The position numbers and the translations under genes are program-made. A stretch of 64,000 bases of DNA from Kiritimatiellia bacterium (GTDB taxonomy: Bacteria > Verrucomicrobiota > Kiritimatiellia > RFP12 > UBA1067), in NCBI GenBank assembly GCA_050949565.1, contig JBMNFY010000001.1, positions 192,001 through 256,000 on the forward strand. The letters run 5' to 3'. Shown here one piece after another: positions 18,335 to 28,472 of this stretch; position 1 is the stretch's first letter; each line of letters begins with the position of its first letter. The notes under the pieces are model-generated. The model searched no databases and was not told the origin of the DNA. It saw only the letters and a program-made list of their open reading frames with translations.

Positions 18335-19750
18335 CTACTCCTTGTTTTTCCCCCGCAACTCCTTGAGTTGTGTCACGCCAGCCGCCACAATCATATCGCC
18401 CGCAGGGGCGGCGAACCAAGAGGAAAGACCTTCGTAGCCTCCTTCTTGATGGGCTTGTGTGCTAGGGAAATAGCCGTGGCTGCCGTTTGTGAGACACGAG
18501 ATGATCGTTGTTGCGAACGGCGACTGCGCCTTGATCGCACGGCCGATGTCGACGTACGGCTCGCCGGGGATACCTGCAAACGCGAGCGCGTCGCCGATCA
18601 CCAGTGTGCTGATGAGAATCTCCCTGCTGTCGGGACCGTCTTTCAGTGCCCGTGCACGTCCCCCCGGACTTGTGAGCGTCGTGAGTTCCATGCCCTTGAG
18701 CGGGATTTCATTCTTACGTCCCGCGTCAAAGAGTTCGATCCACTTGATTTCGTCGGCACTGGGACGGTTTGTCGGCAACGGGTGCGCCTTCACTATGCCG
18801 CGCACCGGACCGGAGGGCACATCTTCGCAAATATCCCACACGGAGATCGCCGCCCCGGCGACAGCGCGTCCCATGAATGTTGCGATTGCCTTGGGGTTTG
18901 TCCCGTTTCCCCGCGCCGCGTAGAGCGCCTGGCGCGCCGGTGGCGGAAGACGCATGTGATGGTTCACGTCGCCCTGTGCGCCGTTGAGGAAGAGGCACTT
19001 CACGCCGCCACCGATAGCACTCTCAAACGTCTGGCGCACGGCGCCCGGCCAGTCGGCGGAGTACTTTGTGCCGCCGACCGTGTCGGGGTGCGTGCCGAAG
19101 TTGATAATGGCGATATCCGGCGCGCCCTTCCGCTTGAAGCGGACGACGCGAAGCGACTCGTCCGGTGTGCCGATCGCCGCCACGACATCGGGGTTCGAGG
19201 TCCCTGGATTCGTGCGCGAGGAGCCGTCTTTCATGCGATAACGCCGGATGAAGGAAACGCCCTTGCATTCGGTCTGTCCGATCGAAATCGTCGCCGGTGC
19301 GCGGTCGGCGAGCGCGGCACGCCCGGCATCGGCGAGCTTGGCGACACGCAGTTCGGCATAGGAGGTAACAAGCTGATTCTCCTCCGGCGTGTAGCTTCCC
19401 CTCGGCATGTCGGCGACACCGGTATGCGTATGCGTGGAGTGGACATAGATGCGGTCGCGCGGTACGCCCGTCGCCGCCGTGATGGCGGGGAACGCCTTCT
19501 CGAAGAACGGACCGGTGAGGTGCAGGTCATCAACGGAATAGATCAGCGCGTCATTTGTACCGTCCGAGACGGCAACGCACTCCACGCACAGCGGATCAAG
19601 CACGCCGTCGCCGATGCGCTTGCTGAAGTATCCGGGCATTGGAAGCCCGGGGGGCGGCGTGATGTCCAGCCGCGCGAAGCCAGCCGAGAACTCAGCCCGC
19701 AGCAGCGGGACCGCGAGAGACACCAGAACGATACTGATCAGCTTTTTCAT
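18335..19750 (-). CDS. Secreted neutral/alkaline ceramidase-like hydrolase
   Basis: Signal peptide MKKLISIV..., DITPP, STHTHTG, NFGTHPD, NGAQGD, IPGEPY, GYFP. Confidence 0.75.
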   Translation of the reverse strand: MKKLISIVLVSLAVPLLRAEFSAGFARLDITPPPGLPMPGYFSKRIGDGVLDPLCVECVAVSDGTNDALIYSVDDLHLTGPFFEKAFPAITAATGVPRDRIYVHSTHTHTGVADMPRGSYTPEENQLVTSYAELRVAKLADAGRAALADRAPATISIGQTECKGVSFIRRYRMKDGSSRTNPGTSNPDVVAAIGTPDESLRVVRFKRKGAPDIAIINFGTHPDTVGGTKYSADWPGAVRQTFESAIGGGVKCLFLNGAQGDVNHHMRLPPPARQALYAARGNGTNPKAIATFMGRAVAGAAISVWDICEDVPSGPVRGIVKAHPLPTNRPSADEIKWIELFDAGRKNEIPLKGMELTTLTSPGGRARALKDGPDSREILISTLVIGDALAFAGIPGEPYVDIGRAIKAQSPFATTIISCLTNGSHGYFPSTQAHQEGGYEGLSSWFAAPAGDMIVAAGVTQLKELRGKNKE

Positions 19751-19913
19751 TTTCACCTTTCCTCCGAGGCAACTGCAAAGCCCCCTGTTACTCTTTTCTC
19801 GCCGCATTGTAGCACGATAGGACGATTACAACACTACCAAATAAGCCTCTCCCACGGTTTTCTCCGTTGTCATGCCGACTAGAATAGGTATACTGGTTAC
19901 CGGTTGGTTAAAC

Positions 19914-20014
19914 GAGGCTCTTGCAAAACCCCTTGTTTATAGGTGTGGCACGGGCATCTTGCCCGTGTTTCATGGGCGGGACGCCCATGTCACGAGGGGT
20001 TTGGCAAGAGGCTC
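19914..20014. repeat. MITE-like unit: GAGGCTCTTGCAAAAC ends enclosing a GTGGCACGGGCATCTTGCCCGTG REP pair
   Basis: Terminal inverted repeats plus internal hairpins; related copies at 22994-23075, 33889-33962, 50630-50679 and 56469-56519. Confidence 0.85.
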
Positions 20015-20038
20015 AAACATCATTGATGAGGAAATCCC

Positions 20039-21139
20039 ATGTCAACGTTGACCATCAAACCCGCTGGCAGTTGCCGTTTCGATGAAATCTCTTTAGGCGA
20101 GATCATGTTGCGCCTTGATCCGGGCGATTCACGCATCAAGAACGCGCGTTCGTTCACAGTGTGGGAGGGGGGCGGTGAATACAATGTGGCGCGCGGTCTG
20201 CGCAAGTGCTTCGGTCTTCAGACCGCTGTGGTGACGGCGTTGCCCGAAAATGACATCGGGCACTTGGTCGAGGATTTTGTGATGCAGGGTGGTGTGGACA
20301 CTTCGCTCATCAAGTGGGTGCCATTTGACGGGATTGGTGCGGCCACGCGTGTCGGGCTCAATTTCACAGAGCGCGGTTTCGGTCTGCGCGGCGCGCTGGG
20401 CGTCAGTGATCGCGGCCATTCGGCGGCATCGCAGTTGAAGCCGGGCGATATCGATTGGGAATATGTCTTCGGCACGTTGGGCGCGCGCTGGTTCCATACC
20501 GGCGGCATTTACGCGGCACTGTCAGAAACGACACCGCTTGTGCTTGAGGAGGCGATGGCGGCGGCGCGCAAGCACGGCACGATCATCTCGTATGATCTGA
20601 ACTACCGCCCTTCGCTCTGGAAGGCGTTCGGCGGTCAAGAGGCGTGCCGCAAAGTCAATCGCCGACTGGCCAAGTATGTGGATGTCATGATCGGCAACGA
20701 GGAGGATTATACGGCTTGCCTCGGTCTGGCGGTGGAGGGCGTGGACGCCAATCTGAGCGCCTTGCCGATCGACGGCTTCAAGCGCATGATCGAACGCGCC
20801 TTGAAGGAGTTTCCCAACTTCAAGGTTGCGGCGACCACGCTGCGCACGGTCAAGAGTGCTTCGGTAAACGACTGGAGCGCGATCTGCTGGTATGACGGCT
20901 CTTTCCATCAGGCGATGGAGATGAAAGACCTCTGGATTTACGACCGCGTGGGCGGCGGCGACAGTTTCGCTTCGGGATTGATCTACGGTCTCCTGACCTT
21001 CAACGACGCGCAGAAGGCGGTCAATTACGGCTGCGCCCACGGTGCACTGGCGATGACCACGCCCGGCGACACCTCGATGGCATCGAAGGCAGAGGTCGAA
21101 AAAGTCGTGGCGGGCGGCAGCGCGCGCGTGGTACGCTGA
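20039..21139 (+). CDS. kdgK: PfkB sugar kinase, likely 2-dehydro-3-deoxygluconokinase
   Basis: GEIMLRL, GGGEYNVA, DLNYRPSLW, DRVGGGDSF. Confidence 0.85.
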   Translation: MSTLTIKPAGSCRFDEISLGEIMLRLDPGDSRIKNARSFTVWEGGGEYNVARGLRKCFGLQTAVVTALPENDIGHLVEDFVMQGGVDTSLIKWVPFDGIGAATRVGLNFTERGFGLRGALGVSDRGHSAASQLKPGDIDWEYVFGTLGARWFHTGGIYAALSETTPLVLEEAMAAARKHGTIISYDLNYRPSLWKAFGGQEACRKVNRRLAKYVDVMIGNEEDYTACLGLAVEGVDANLSALPIDGFKRMIERALKEFPNFKVAATTLRTVKSASVNDWSAICWYDGSFHQAMEMKDLWIYDRVGGGDSFASGLIYGLLTFNDAQKAVNYGCAHGALAMTTPGDTSMASKAEVEKVVAGGSARVVR

Positions 21140-21147
21140 TGGGCGCG

Positions 21148-21680
21148 CGGGTGCGATTCAACGTCGTTGAATGCGCACCCGAAGGAGAATTTAGGATTTA
21201 GGATTTAGGAGTTGTCCCTTGCCCCGCCTCGCAAGTCTGACGAAGAGATTTGGAGTGCGTGCGGCAAGCGGGTATTCCGCGCGACGCCGCTTTTTGGTTT
21301 TTCATCCACAGATGGGCACAGATTAACACAGATTTTTTGGGGAGGCACTGCTCGGTTTTTTGGAACCACAGAGAGCACAGAGAACACAGAGGTTTTTTGG
21401 GGGGCGTATGAACAACGAAACACAGTGCTGTGCCTTTTCGAGTATTTCGTGGTAGGAATTTTGGATTGTGGGCTTCACCCGCGCCAGTTTTTTGTCTAAC
21501 GTTCAACGCTCAATTTTCAAGTGGCGCGGCTCGCGAAGCGCCGGGAGGGTCAAGCGTCTGCTTGACCGGCCGCGCTGCGCGCGGCGAAAACTCCGTAAGT
21601 CTGGCAAATAAATCTGGTGCGCGCGGCAAGCGGGTTTCCGCGCGACGCCGCTTTTTGGTTTATCCGCAGATGGAAGATTG
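21148..21680. repeat. Mosaic repeat block (hairpin plus heptamers, two REP-A copies, 9-mer triplets, linker)
   Basis: 21148-21212 is the same module as 4267-4332; GCGGCAAGCGGGTATTCCGCGCGACGCCGCTTTTTG-type copies at 21261 and 21623 (third at 61872); CACAGAT and CACAGAG 9-mer triplets 21304-21392. Confidence 0.85.
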
Positions 21681-21684
21681 GCGC

Positions 21685-21713
21685 TTGCATGACGGAGGCG
21701 CTTAGGCTATAGT
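21685..21713 (+). promoter_or_regulatory. Putative sigma70 promoter of trpB
   Basis: TTGCAT-N17-TATAGT. Confidence 0.55.
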
Positions 21714-21766
21714 CTGTATCTCCATAGAGAAACAAGCGTGTTAGGCGCGGAAGGATCGGAGTTGAT

Positions 21767-22972
21767 ATGTCAAACGTTACAAATGGAATAGGGCCGGACG
21801 AAAAAGGTTTTTTTGGCAAGTACGGTGGGGCATTTTTACCGCCTGAATTGGAGGCGGCTTTCGCGGAGATCGTCGAGGCGTATCACCGCATCGCTAACGA
21901 TGCGACGTTCATCAGCGAACTGCGTTTAATCCGTAAACACTTTCAAGGACGGCCGACGCCGGTGTTCCACGCGCGCAGGCTCTCGCTGGCGAACGGCGGT
22001 GCGCACATCTATCTCAAGCGTGAAGACCTGAACCATACGGGTGCGCACAAGATCAATCACTGTATGGGCGAGGGGTTGCTGGCCAAGTATATGGGCAAGC
22101 GGCGGGTGATCGCCGAGACTGGCGCGGGCCAGCACGGTGTGGCGCTGGCGACAGCGGCGGCGTACTTCGGTCTGGAGTGCGAGATTCACATGGGCGAGGT
22201 GGACATCGCCAAGCAGGCACCGAATGTCAGCCGTATGCGGATGCTTGGGGCCAAGGTGGTTCCAGTCACGCACGGACTCAAGACGCTGAAAGAGGCGGTC
22301 GACTCGGCATTCGAAGCCTATCTGGCCGATTACAAGAACTCGATCTACTGCATCGGGTCGGTCGTGGGGCCGCATCCGTTCCCGATGATGGTGCGTGATT
22401 TCCAGAAGGTGGTGGGCATCGAAGCGCGCGAGCAGTTTATTGAGATGACCGGGAACCTGCCCGATGCGGTCTGCGCGTGCGTGGGCGGCGGTTCTAACTC
22501 GATGGGAATTTTCCACGGCTTTCTGAAAGACCCGACGGCGCTTTACGGTGTCGAACCGCTTGGGCGCGGTCCGAATCTCGGCGACCACGCAGCGACGATG
22601 AGTTACGGCCACGAGGGTATCCTTCACGGATTTAGGTGCTATCTGCTGCAAAACGAGGATGGCTCGCCCGCCCCGGTCTACTCCTGCGCAAGCGGTTTGG
22701 ATTATCCGGGTGTGGGGCCGGAGCACTGTCACTTTAAAGATACGGGGCGCGTGCAGTACGTGACCTGTTCCGACGATGAGTGCCGCGACGCCTTTTTTAA
22801 GCTGTGCAGGATGGAGGGGATCATTCCGGCGATTGAAAGCGCGCATGCGGTTGCTTTTGCGCTGGCCAAGGCACGTGAGATGGAGCGCGGCGCGATTCTC
22901 GTCAACCTCAGCGGACGCGGTGACAAGGATCTCGACTATGTGATTGAAAACTGGGGCGTCGGCGAGGACTGA
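21767..22972 (+). CDS. trpB: Tryptophan synthase beta subunit (stand-alone)
   Basis: [47 protein letters not shown]. Confidence 0.95.
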   Translation: MSNVTNGIGPDEKGFFGKYGGAFLPPELEAAFAEIVEAYHRIANDATFISELRLIRKHFQGRPTPVFHARRLSLANGGAHIYLKREDLNHTGAHKINHCMGEGLLAKYMGKRRVIAETGAGQHGVALATAAAYFGLECEIHMGEVDIAKQAPNVSRMRMLGAKVVPVTHGLKTLKEAVDSAFEAYLADYKNSIYCIGSVVGPHPFPMMVRDFQKVVGIEAREQFIEMTGNLPDAVCACVGGGSNSMGIFHGFLKDPTALYGVEPLGRGPNLGDHAATMSYGHEGILHGFRCYLLQNEDGSPAPVYSCASGLDYPGVGPEHCHFKDTGRVQYVTCSDDECRDAFFKLCRMEGIIPAIESAHAVAFALAKAREMERGAILVNLSGRGDKDLDYVIENWGVGED

Positions 22973-22993
22973 GGATTGTTCAGCCGACGGCTC

Positions 22994-23075
22994 TTCATGG
23001 GCGAGACGCCCATGTCACGATGTGTGGCACGGGCATCCTGCCCGTGTGTTTTCATGGGCGGGACGCCCATGCCAC
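22994..23075. repeat. REP-like palindrome cluster between convergent trpB and ettA
   Basis: CATGGGCG(A/G)GACGCCCATG twice around GTGGCACGGGCATCCTGCCCGTG. Confidence 0.9.
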
Positions 23076-23088
23076 CCACAAAGGCGCC

Positions 23089-24792
23089 TCAGCCGTGCTT
23101 CAGCGGACGGAAGCGCACGCGCGTCGGGCGGTCTGCCGCATCGCCCAGTAGCTTGCGGCGGTGCTCGTGGTAGTCGGCGTAGTTGCCCTCGAACCACGTC
23201 ACTTTGCAATCGCCTTCGAAGGCCAGGATGTGCGTGGCGATACGGTCGAGGAACCAGCGGTCGTGGCTGATCACCATCACGCAGCCGCCGAAGTCTGCGA
23301 GGCCCTCCTCCAGCGAGCGCAGGGTGGCTACGTCGAGGTCGTTCGATGGCTCGTCCAGCAGCAGCAGGTTGCCGCCGCTGCGCAGCAACTTGGCGAGGTG
23401 TACGCGGTTGCGTTCGCCACCTGACAGCACGCCCACACGCTTTTGCTGCTCCGCGCCTCTGAAGTTGAAGCGGCTGCAGTAAGCGCGGCCGTTCATGCGT
23501 GCGACCGGCGCGGCTCCAGTGCCCTCGCTACGGCCCAGCGTTACGAACTCTTCGCCGCCGGTGATCTCTTCGTAGACCGTGTTGTCGGGGTTCAGATCGT
23601 CGCGAAGCTGATCCACGTAGGAAAGCTGCACGGAGGGGCCGACCGTCAGCGTGCCGGAGAGGGGCTGAAGCTGACCAGTAATCAACTTGAAGAGGGTGGT
23701 CTTGCCGGCGCCGTTACCGCCGATGACGCCGACAATGCCGCCGCGCGGCAGATCGAAGCTCATGTTCTCGAAGAGCAGGTTGTCGCCGAAGCCCATCGAC
23801 ACCTCGTCGGCCTTGACCACCAGATCGCCCAGACGCGGGCCCGCCGGGATCTGGATACGCAGGTCGTCCTCGCGCGTGCTGACCTGCTGTGCTGCCAGCT
23901 CTTCGTAACGGCGCACGCGCGCCTGATTCTTGGCGCGCCGTCCCGAGGGATTGGTACGCACCCACGCGAGTTCGTTTTCAATCAGCTTCCGGCGCGACTC
24001 GGCCTGCTTGGCTTCGCGCAACATAGCCTCTTGTTTTTGTTGCAGCCACGCTTCATAGTTGCCCTTGTAGGGATAGGTGCGACCGTTGTCGAGTTCGAGG
24101 ATCCATTCGGTGACGTTGCTCAAAAAGTAGCGGTCGTGCGTCACGACGATCAGGGTGCCCTTGAATCCCTTGAGGTAGGTCTCCAGCCATGCGACCGATT
24201 CGGCATCGAGATGGTTGGTGGGTTCGTCGAGCAACAACACGTCGGGGTTGGAGATCAGCAGGCGGCAAAGCGCTACGCGGCGGCGTTCACCGCCGGAGAG
24301 CGGCGCAACCGGCGCATCGGACGGCGGCAGACGCAACGCTTCCATGGCCATCTCGATCTGATGGTCAAGATTCCACAGGTCGTTCATGTCGATGGTGTCT
24401 TGCAGGCGTCCCAGTTCGTCGTTCAACTTCTCGGACTCGTCGTCGCTGAGATCACTGCCGAGCAACTCGCAGATTTCGTCGTAACGCGCCAGGATCGCCT
24501 TCGAGCCGGCCACGCCCTCCTCGACGCATTGCATGACCGTTTTGCTCGTGTCCAACTCGGGTTCCTGGGGGAGGAAGCCGATCTTGGTGTTTTTCGCGAT
24601 TTGGCACTCGCCCATGAACTCGGTATCGAGGCCAGCCAGGATTTTCAGCAACGAAGATTTGCCCGAGCCGTTGGCACCGATTACGCCGATGTGCGCGCCG
24701 TGAAAGAAGGAGAGATTGACATCCTCAAGGATGGTCTTCTTCTCGTGTTGCTTGGTAACGTTGATGAGAGAGAATACGTATTCGCCGGCCAT
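23089..24792 (-). CDS. ettA: Energy-dependent translational throttle protein (ABC-F)
   Basis: Two ABC domains (GANGSGKS, LSGGERRR, DEPTNHLD; GGNGAGKT, LSGGERNR), ATHILAFEG. Confidence 0.95.
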   Translation of the reverse strand: MAGEYVFSLINVTKQHEKKTILEDVNLSFFHGAHIGVIGANGSGKSSLLKILAGLDTEFMGECQIAKNTKIGFLPQEPELDTSKTVMQCVEEGVAGSKAILARYDEICELLGSDLSDDESEKLNDELGRLQDTIDMNDLWNLDHQIEMAMEALRLPPSDAPVAPLSGGERRRVALCRLLISNPDVLLLDEPTNHLDAESVAWLETYLKGFKGTLIVVTHDRYFLSNVTEWILELDNGRTYPYKGNYEAWLQQKQEAMLREAKQAESRRKLIENELAWVRTNPSGRRAKNQARVRRYEELAAQQVSTREDDLRIQIPAGPRLGDLVVKADEVSMGFGDNLLFENMSFDLPRGGIVGVIGGNGAGKTTLFKLITGQLQPLSGTLTVGPSVQLSYVDQLRDDLNPDNTVYEEITGGEEFVTLGRSEGTGAAPVARMNGRAYCSRFNFRGAEQQKRVGVLSGGERNRVHLAKLLRSGGNLLLLDEPSNDLDVATLRSLEEGLADFGGCVMVISHDRWFLDRIATHILAFEGDCKVTWFEGNYADYHEHRRKLLGDAADRPTRVRFRPLKHG

Positions 24793-24922
24793 AGGGGAGT
24801 TAGGAGTTAGGATTTAGGAGTTAGGAGTTAGGAGTTTTCGACTTCAGCGTTCAGAGTTCGACGTTCAGCGTTCAGAGTTAAAAAACTTTTAACGCTCAAC
24901 GTTCAACTTTTAACGCTCAAGT
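24793..24922. repeat. Three consecutive heptamer arrays (TTAGGAG; TTCAGCG/TTCAGAG; TTCAACG/CTCAACG)
   Basis: Read directly; first array abuts the ettA ATG. Confidence 0.9.
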
Positions 24923-24949
24923 TATGGGCAAGGAATTGGGGATTGGAAA

Positions 24950-27295
24950 TTATTTGGACGGCTTGGGTGCCAGCGATGTCAGCAGGTGCAGCTTGAAGGC
25001 GCAGTCAGAACGGAACGCGGGAATGGGGATCGCGAGTTGTTTGTCCTTGCTGCGTACATCGAAGCGGCGGACCACCTGTCCTTTTTCCGTTTCGTAAAAT
25101 TCGACGCGATAAAGTCCCGGCGTGAATCCATCCAGTGACACGGTCAAGTGTTCGCCTTTGGGCGGTTCTTCACCTTCCCGCGCGAAACGGACGGGATAGA
25201 TATAGCCGCGCGCCGTATCCGGCGAGGCCGTACACACTGCCTTAAAGCGGGCGGCGGCATTCTTTTCAGCCTTGGCGTCGGCGCTTAGCGTGGCGTCGAT
25301 CATCTGCGACGCCGGATTGCGCGGATCGACACCCTCCATGAAGGCGCAGATCGGCGGGTAACGCGTATAGAGATTGTTCTCGTCAATCACCTGCCACCAC
25401 CAGAACATCGGGATACCTGCCATCGGCACACAGGCGCCGGACCAGATGGCGGCGTGTTGCTCGATCATCAAATTCTCCAGCCCGGTGGCCATGGCCGATC
25501 CGCCGAACTCGGTGATCAGGATCGGCTTGTTGTAGGGCGCGCCGGCCTTGGCGGTGCCGACGACCAGATCAACGATGTACTCCGGCGTGTCGGGGTGACG
25601 GTTGTTATAGGCATCAAGCGGATTGAAATCCATCTCCGCCATTTCACAGAGCACGGGATTCAGCAACCGGTAGTCGTTGGAGACGTGGACCGAGACCAAA
25701 TGACCGTAGGCATCAATGCTTTTCATGTACGCGCCGAGGACGCGGCACCATTCGACGACAGTGGGTTCAAAGTGGGTCTTGTGATGGGTTTCGTGTCCGG
25801 TCAGGTTGATCTCGCTACAGAGCTCATATCCGAACACGATCGGCGACCACCCCCAACGGGCGTGCGTGTAGCGGCAGAAACGGCGCTGCATCTCAATGGC
25901 GCGTGCGTCGTTGAAAAACTCCAGCGGCGCTTCCAGCCAGCCTCCCGGCGTCACTTTGTTGTAGGGGTGCAGATGCCACTCTGGATCGCTCCATGTGCTG
26001 ATGCGCCCGTGGTAATTGAGCACCAGATTGATGTAGATGCGGTGGTGCATGGCCAGATCGAGCACGCGGTCTAACTCCCACGCATTCCCCATGTGGTAGT
26101 CGTTGGCACCATGATATCCGCTGATCCCTTCGGTCCACTCGAGCCCCAGCGACCATGCGCTCATCCAGACCTCGGCCATGTTCTCGCCGGACTCTTGCAT
26201 GCGTTTGAAGTAACGGCGGTAGGCGGTTGGGCCTTCCTCTTTGCGCAGAACCCAGGGAAACTTGTCATCCATGCGCGCATCGGTCGCCGAGCGCGTGTTG
26301 TGCCCGATTGGATAGAAGAGTGTCCCGTCATCAAACTCGAAATAGCGGCGGTCGGTGTGTGAGACACGCACGAAACGCAGGGCGTCAGCCGCGGCCGGCG
26401 CTGCGTTGAAATGCAGGGCATTGGTGGCGACGGTGTGCCCGAACGCGTCGCGCGCGTAGAGCGTGACCGTGTAGGCGCCCGGTTCGCGCGGGCAATAGCG
26501 CAACCGCCACTCGGGTAGCCCGTCGGGCTCGACCGGTTGGCCGACCTCATCCTCGAGGCGATAGTGGGAGAGGTAGTAGAACGCATGGATCGTGTTGGTC
26601 ACGCCGGACGGGGTGACGATCTGCGCGCCGGCATCGATTTCCGTGGGGTCAAACGGATTGGCATAGCGGTCGGGCAGAGTGAAACCAGCCTCGAACAGGG
26701 CATAGGCGCGCGGCGTGCGGCTCAGGGGCCGGACCTTCGTAATCTGCGGAGCGCCGGCGGGTGGCTGCACGTCGAGTATTGCCGAAATCAGCGTGCACGT
26801 GCCGGTAAAGGCGGCGTCTGCGAAGACACGGAATCCGACAGATTGCGGATTTAATCGGACCCGGTGGTGCCAGCCCACGGAGTGCCCCGGCGTCTGCCAT
26901 CCCTCCGCGCCCGGCTGGAAGGGGATGGTCAGTTCGTTGGTGACGCCGGGTTTGAGGTGACCGGCGACCACATGCTGGTGCCAGAAATCATCGCGGTCCT
27001 TGAGCCAGACCAGTGCGCCGGAGTAGGGCGGCGCACCCTCCGGCCACACAAGGCTGATCCGCAATGCGACAGAAGAGAGCCACTGGGTCGGACTGGCGGT
27101 TGACAGCGAAAAGTTGTGCTCCCCAGGGAACGTTACGGTTTGCTCGCAAGGCAAGTTCAGCGCTGAACCGTCGCTTCCGGAAAGGGTCAGCGGGACGGAT
27201 TCAGCAGCCCGACAGCACAGGCTACAGGCCAAGAGGGTCAACCCCCAAAAAAAGGTGCGCTTACTAACCCGGCCACACATAGTCTTGCGTTTCAT
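24950..27295 (-). CDS. Secreted DUF5060-like plus GH5-like TIM-barrel protein
   Basis: Signal peptide, YANPFDP..., WRLRYCP, FYPIGHN, ARWGWSP..YELCSEI, PILITEFG, FWWW. Confidence 0.75.
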   Translation of the reverse strand: MKRKTMCGRVSKRTFFWGLTLLACSLCCRAAESVPLTLSGSDGSALNLPCEQTVTFPGEHNFSLSTASPTQWLSSVALRISLVWPEGAPPYSGALVWLKDRDDFWHQHVVAGHLKPGVTNELTIPFQPGAEGWQTPGHSVGWHHRVRLNPQSVGFRVFADAAFTGTCTLISAILDVQPPAGAPQITKVRPLSRTPRAYALFEAGFTLPDRYANPFDPTEIDAGAQIVTPSGVTNTIHAFYYLSHYRLEDEVGQPVEPDGLPEWRLRYCPREPGAYTVTLYARDAFGHTVATNALHFNAAPAAADALRFVRVSHTDRRYFEFDDGTLFYPIGHNTRSATDARMDDKFPWVLRKEEGPTAYRRYFKRMQESGENMAEVWMSAWSLGLEWTEGISGYHGANDYHMGNAWELDRVLDLAMHHRIYINLVLNYHGRISTWSDPEWHLHPYNKVTPGGWLEAPLEFFNDARAIEMQRRFCRYTHARWGWSPIVFGYELCSEINLTGHETHHKTHFEPTVVEWCRVLGAYMKSIDAYGHLVSVHVSNDYRLLNPVLCEMAEMDFNPLDAYNNRHPDTPEYIVDLVVGTAKAGAPYNKPILITEFGGSAMATGLENLMIEQHAAIWSGACVPMAGIPMFWWWQVIDENNLYTRYPPICAFMEGVDPRNPASQMIDATLSADAKAEKNAAARFKAVCTASPDTARGYIYPVRFAREGEEPPKGEHLTVSLDGFTPGLYRVEFYETEKGQVVRRFDVRSKDKQLAIPIPAFRSDCAFKLHLLTSLAPKPSK

Positions 27296-27356
27296 ATGGA
27301 CCCTACAAAACTCACTGCTCTCCTTTTCATCCTATGGTGGAACAAGTGAGACAAAA

Positions 27357-28259
27357 TCACGCCTGCCCCCGCGTGGCATCCATGACACCGCGGAAATAAC
27401 CGATCGATTCGGCGATGCCCAACAGAGGGTCGGACATATCCTTTTCGTATTCCAGACTGCACACGCCGCTATACTTGACCTTGCGCAGGGCGCGCACAAA
27501 CGCCACCAGATCGATCTTACCGCGCGGCAGTTCGATCCCCCGCCCTTTCTTGGTGGCCTCGGTCACATTCTTGATGTGGATGTCGTGGATGCGGTCGGCA
27601 TACTTCAGCATGGCCTGGACGGGATCTTTGCCGTCGCGGAGCTGGTGGCCGATATCAAAGCAGAGCCCCACGCGCACGTCCATATCCTTGATGATCTCCA
27701 TCCCGCTTTCCGCAGTGGGGAACAGTTCCGGCATATCAGGGCCGTGATTGTGGATCGCGTACTTGATATCGTACTCTTTGACCTTCTCATTGATGAGCGC
27801 AAGCAGTTCGGGCGAAGCGACGCGTTTCTTTTCGACCATCTTGAACGGGACACCGACCAGCGTCTTGACGCCTACGCGTTTCGCATAGGCGAAAGCCTCG
27901 TTGACCGCCGCTTCGCTCCCCATGTAGATCGGCCCCACGCCATATCCGGTGACGCCGGAACGCTTGCAGGTCTCGTGGAAGGCTGCGATCTCCTCATCCG
28001 TGCTCTTCAACGGCAGGTGGAAATCCTTGATGCACAGATAGTGGACATCGACGCGCTTCATCATTTCAAGCGTCTGATCCAGTTTGAACTTGTGGAAGGT
28101 GTACCCCGCGATGCCGAGGCGGAAAGTGTCCTGCGGGTTGCCGGTTGTTGTATCCGCCGACGTCTGCGCGTGAACGCGGTTCGCCAACAGTGTCGGCGTA
28201 CTGGCCGCCGCCGCCAAACCAAGACTCGCCTGCTTGAAAAATGAACGCCGAGTTGTCAT
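27357..28259 (-). CDS. Tat-exported sugar phosphate isomerase/epimerase (IolE-like TIM barrel)
   Basis: TRRSFFK leader, AIHNHG, FDIGH, IHIKN, SLEYE. Confidence 0.85.
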   Translation of the reverse strand: MTTRRSFFKQASLGLAAAASTPTLLANRVHAQTSADTTTGNPQDTFRLGIAGYTFHKFKLDQTLEMMKRVDVHYLCIKDFHLPLKSTDEEIAAFHETCKRSGVTGYGVGPIYMGSEAAVNEAFAYAKRVGVKTLVGVPFKMVEKKRVASPELLALINEKVKEYDIKYAIHNHGPDMPELFPTAESGMEIIKDMDVRVGLCFDIGHQLRDGKDPVQAMLKYADRIHDIHIKNVTEATKKGRGIELPRGKIDLVAFVRALRKVKYSGVCSLEYEKDMSDPLLGIAESIGYFRGVMDATRGQA

Positions 28260-28338
28260 CTTGAACCTCCCGTGTTGTCTGAGCGCTAAAAGCGACATCG
28301 CGCAAACTTTCCCCGGCGCGAATCGCGTACCTAAAAAA

Positions 28339-28412
28339 TGGAGCGGGCGATGGGAATCGAACCCACGTAAGAAGCTTGGGAAGCTCCTATTCTACCATTG
28401 AATTACGCCCGC
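28339..28412 (-). tRNA. tRNA-Gly(CCC)
   Basis: GCGGGCG acceptor, anticodon arm GGAGC-TTCCCAA-GCTTC, GGTTCGATTCC, encoded CCA. Confidence 0.97.
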
Positions 28413-28472
28413 CAAAAGAATGGTGCCACTGTATCAAAAATTCACAGGCGGTCAAAGGCGATTTTTTTGAAA

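Noticed and set aside
19894-19912. LacI-type operator (GTTACCGGTTGG) before kdgK
   Set aside because: Only half-symmetric, single copy; cannot be supported
21198-21705. Short ORFs in repeat blocks (also 4015-4443, 50197-50750, 56292-56789, 62948-63361)
   Set aside because: They are translations of the intergenic repeat families
24793-24836. Telomere-like or eukaryotic contamination (TTAGG..)
   Set aside because: Period is 7, arrays are short and embedded between bacterial genes at several loci
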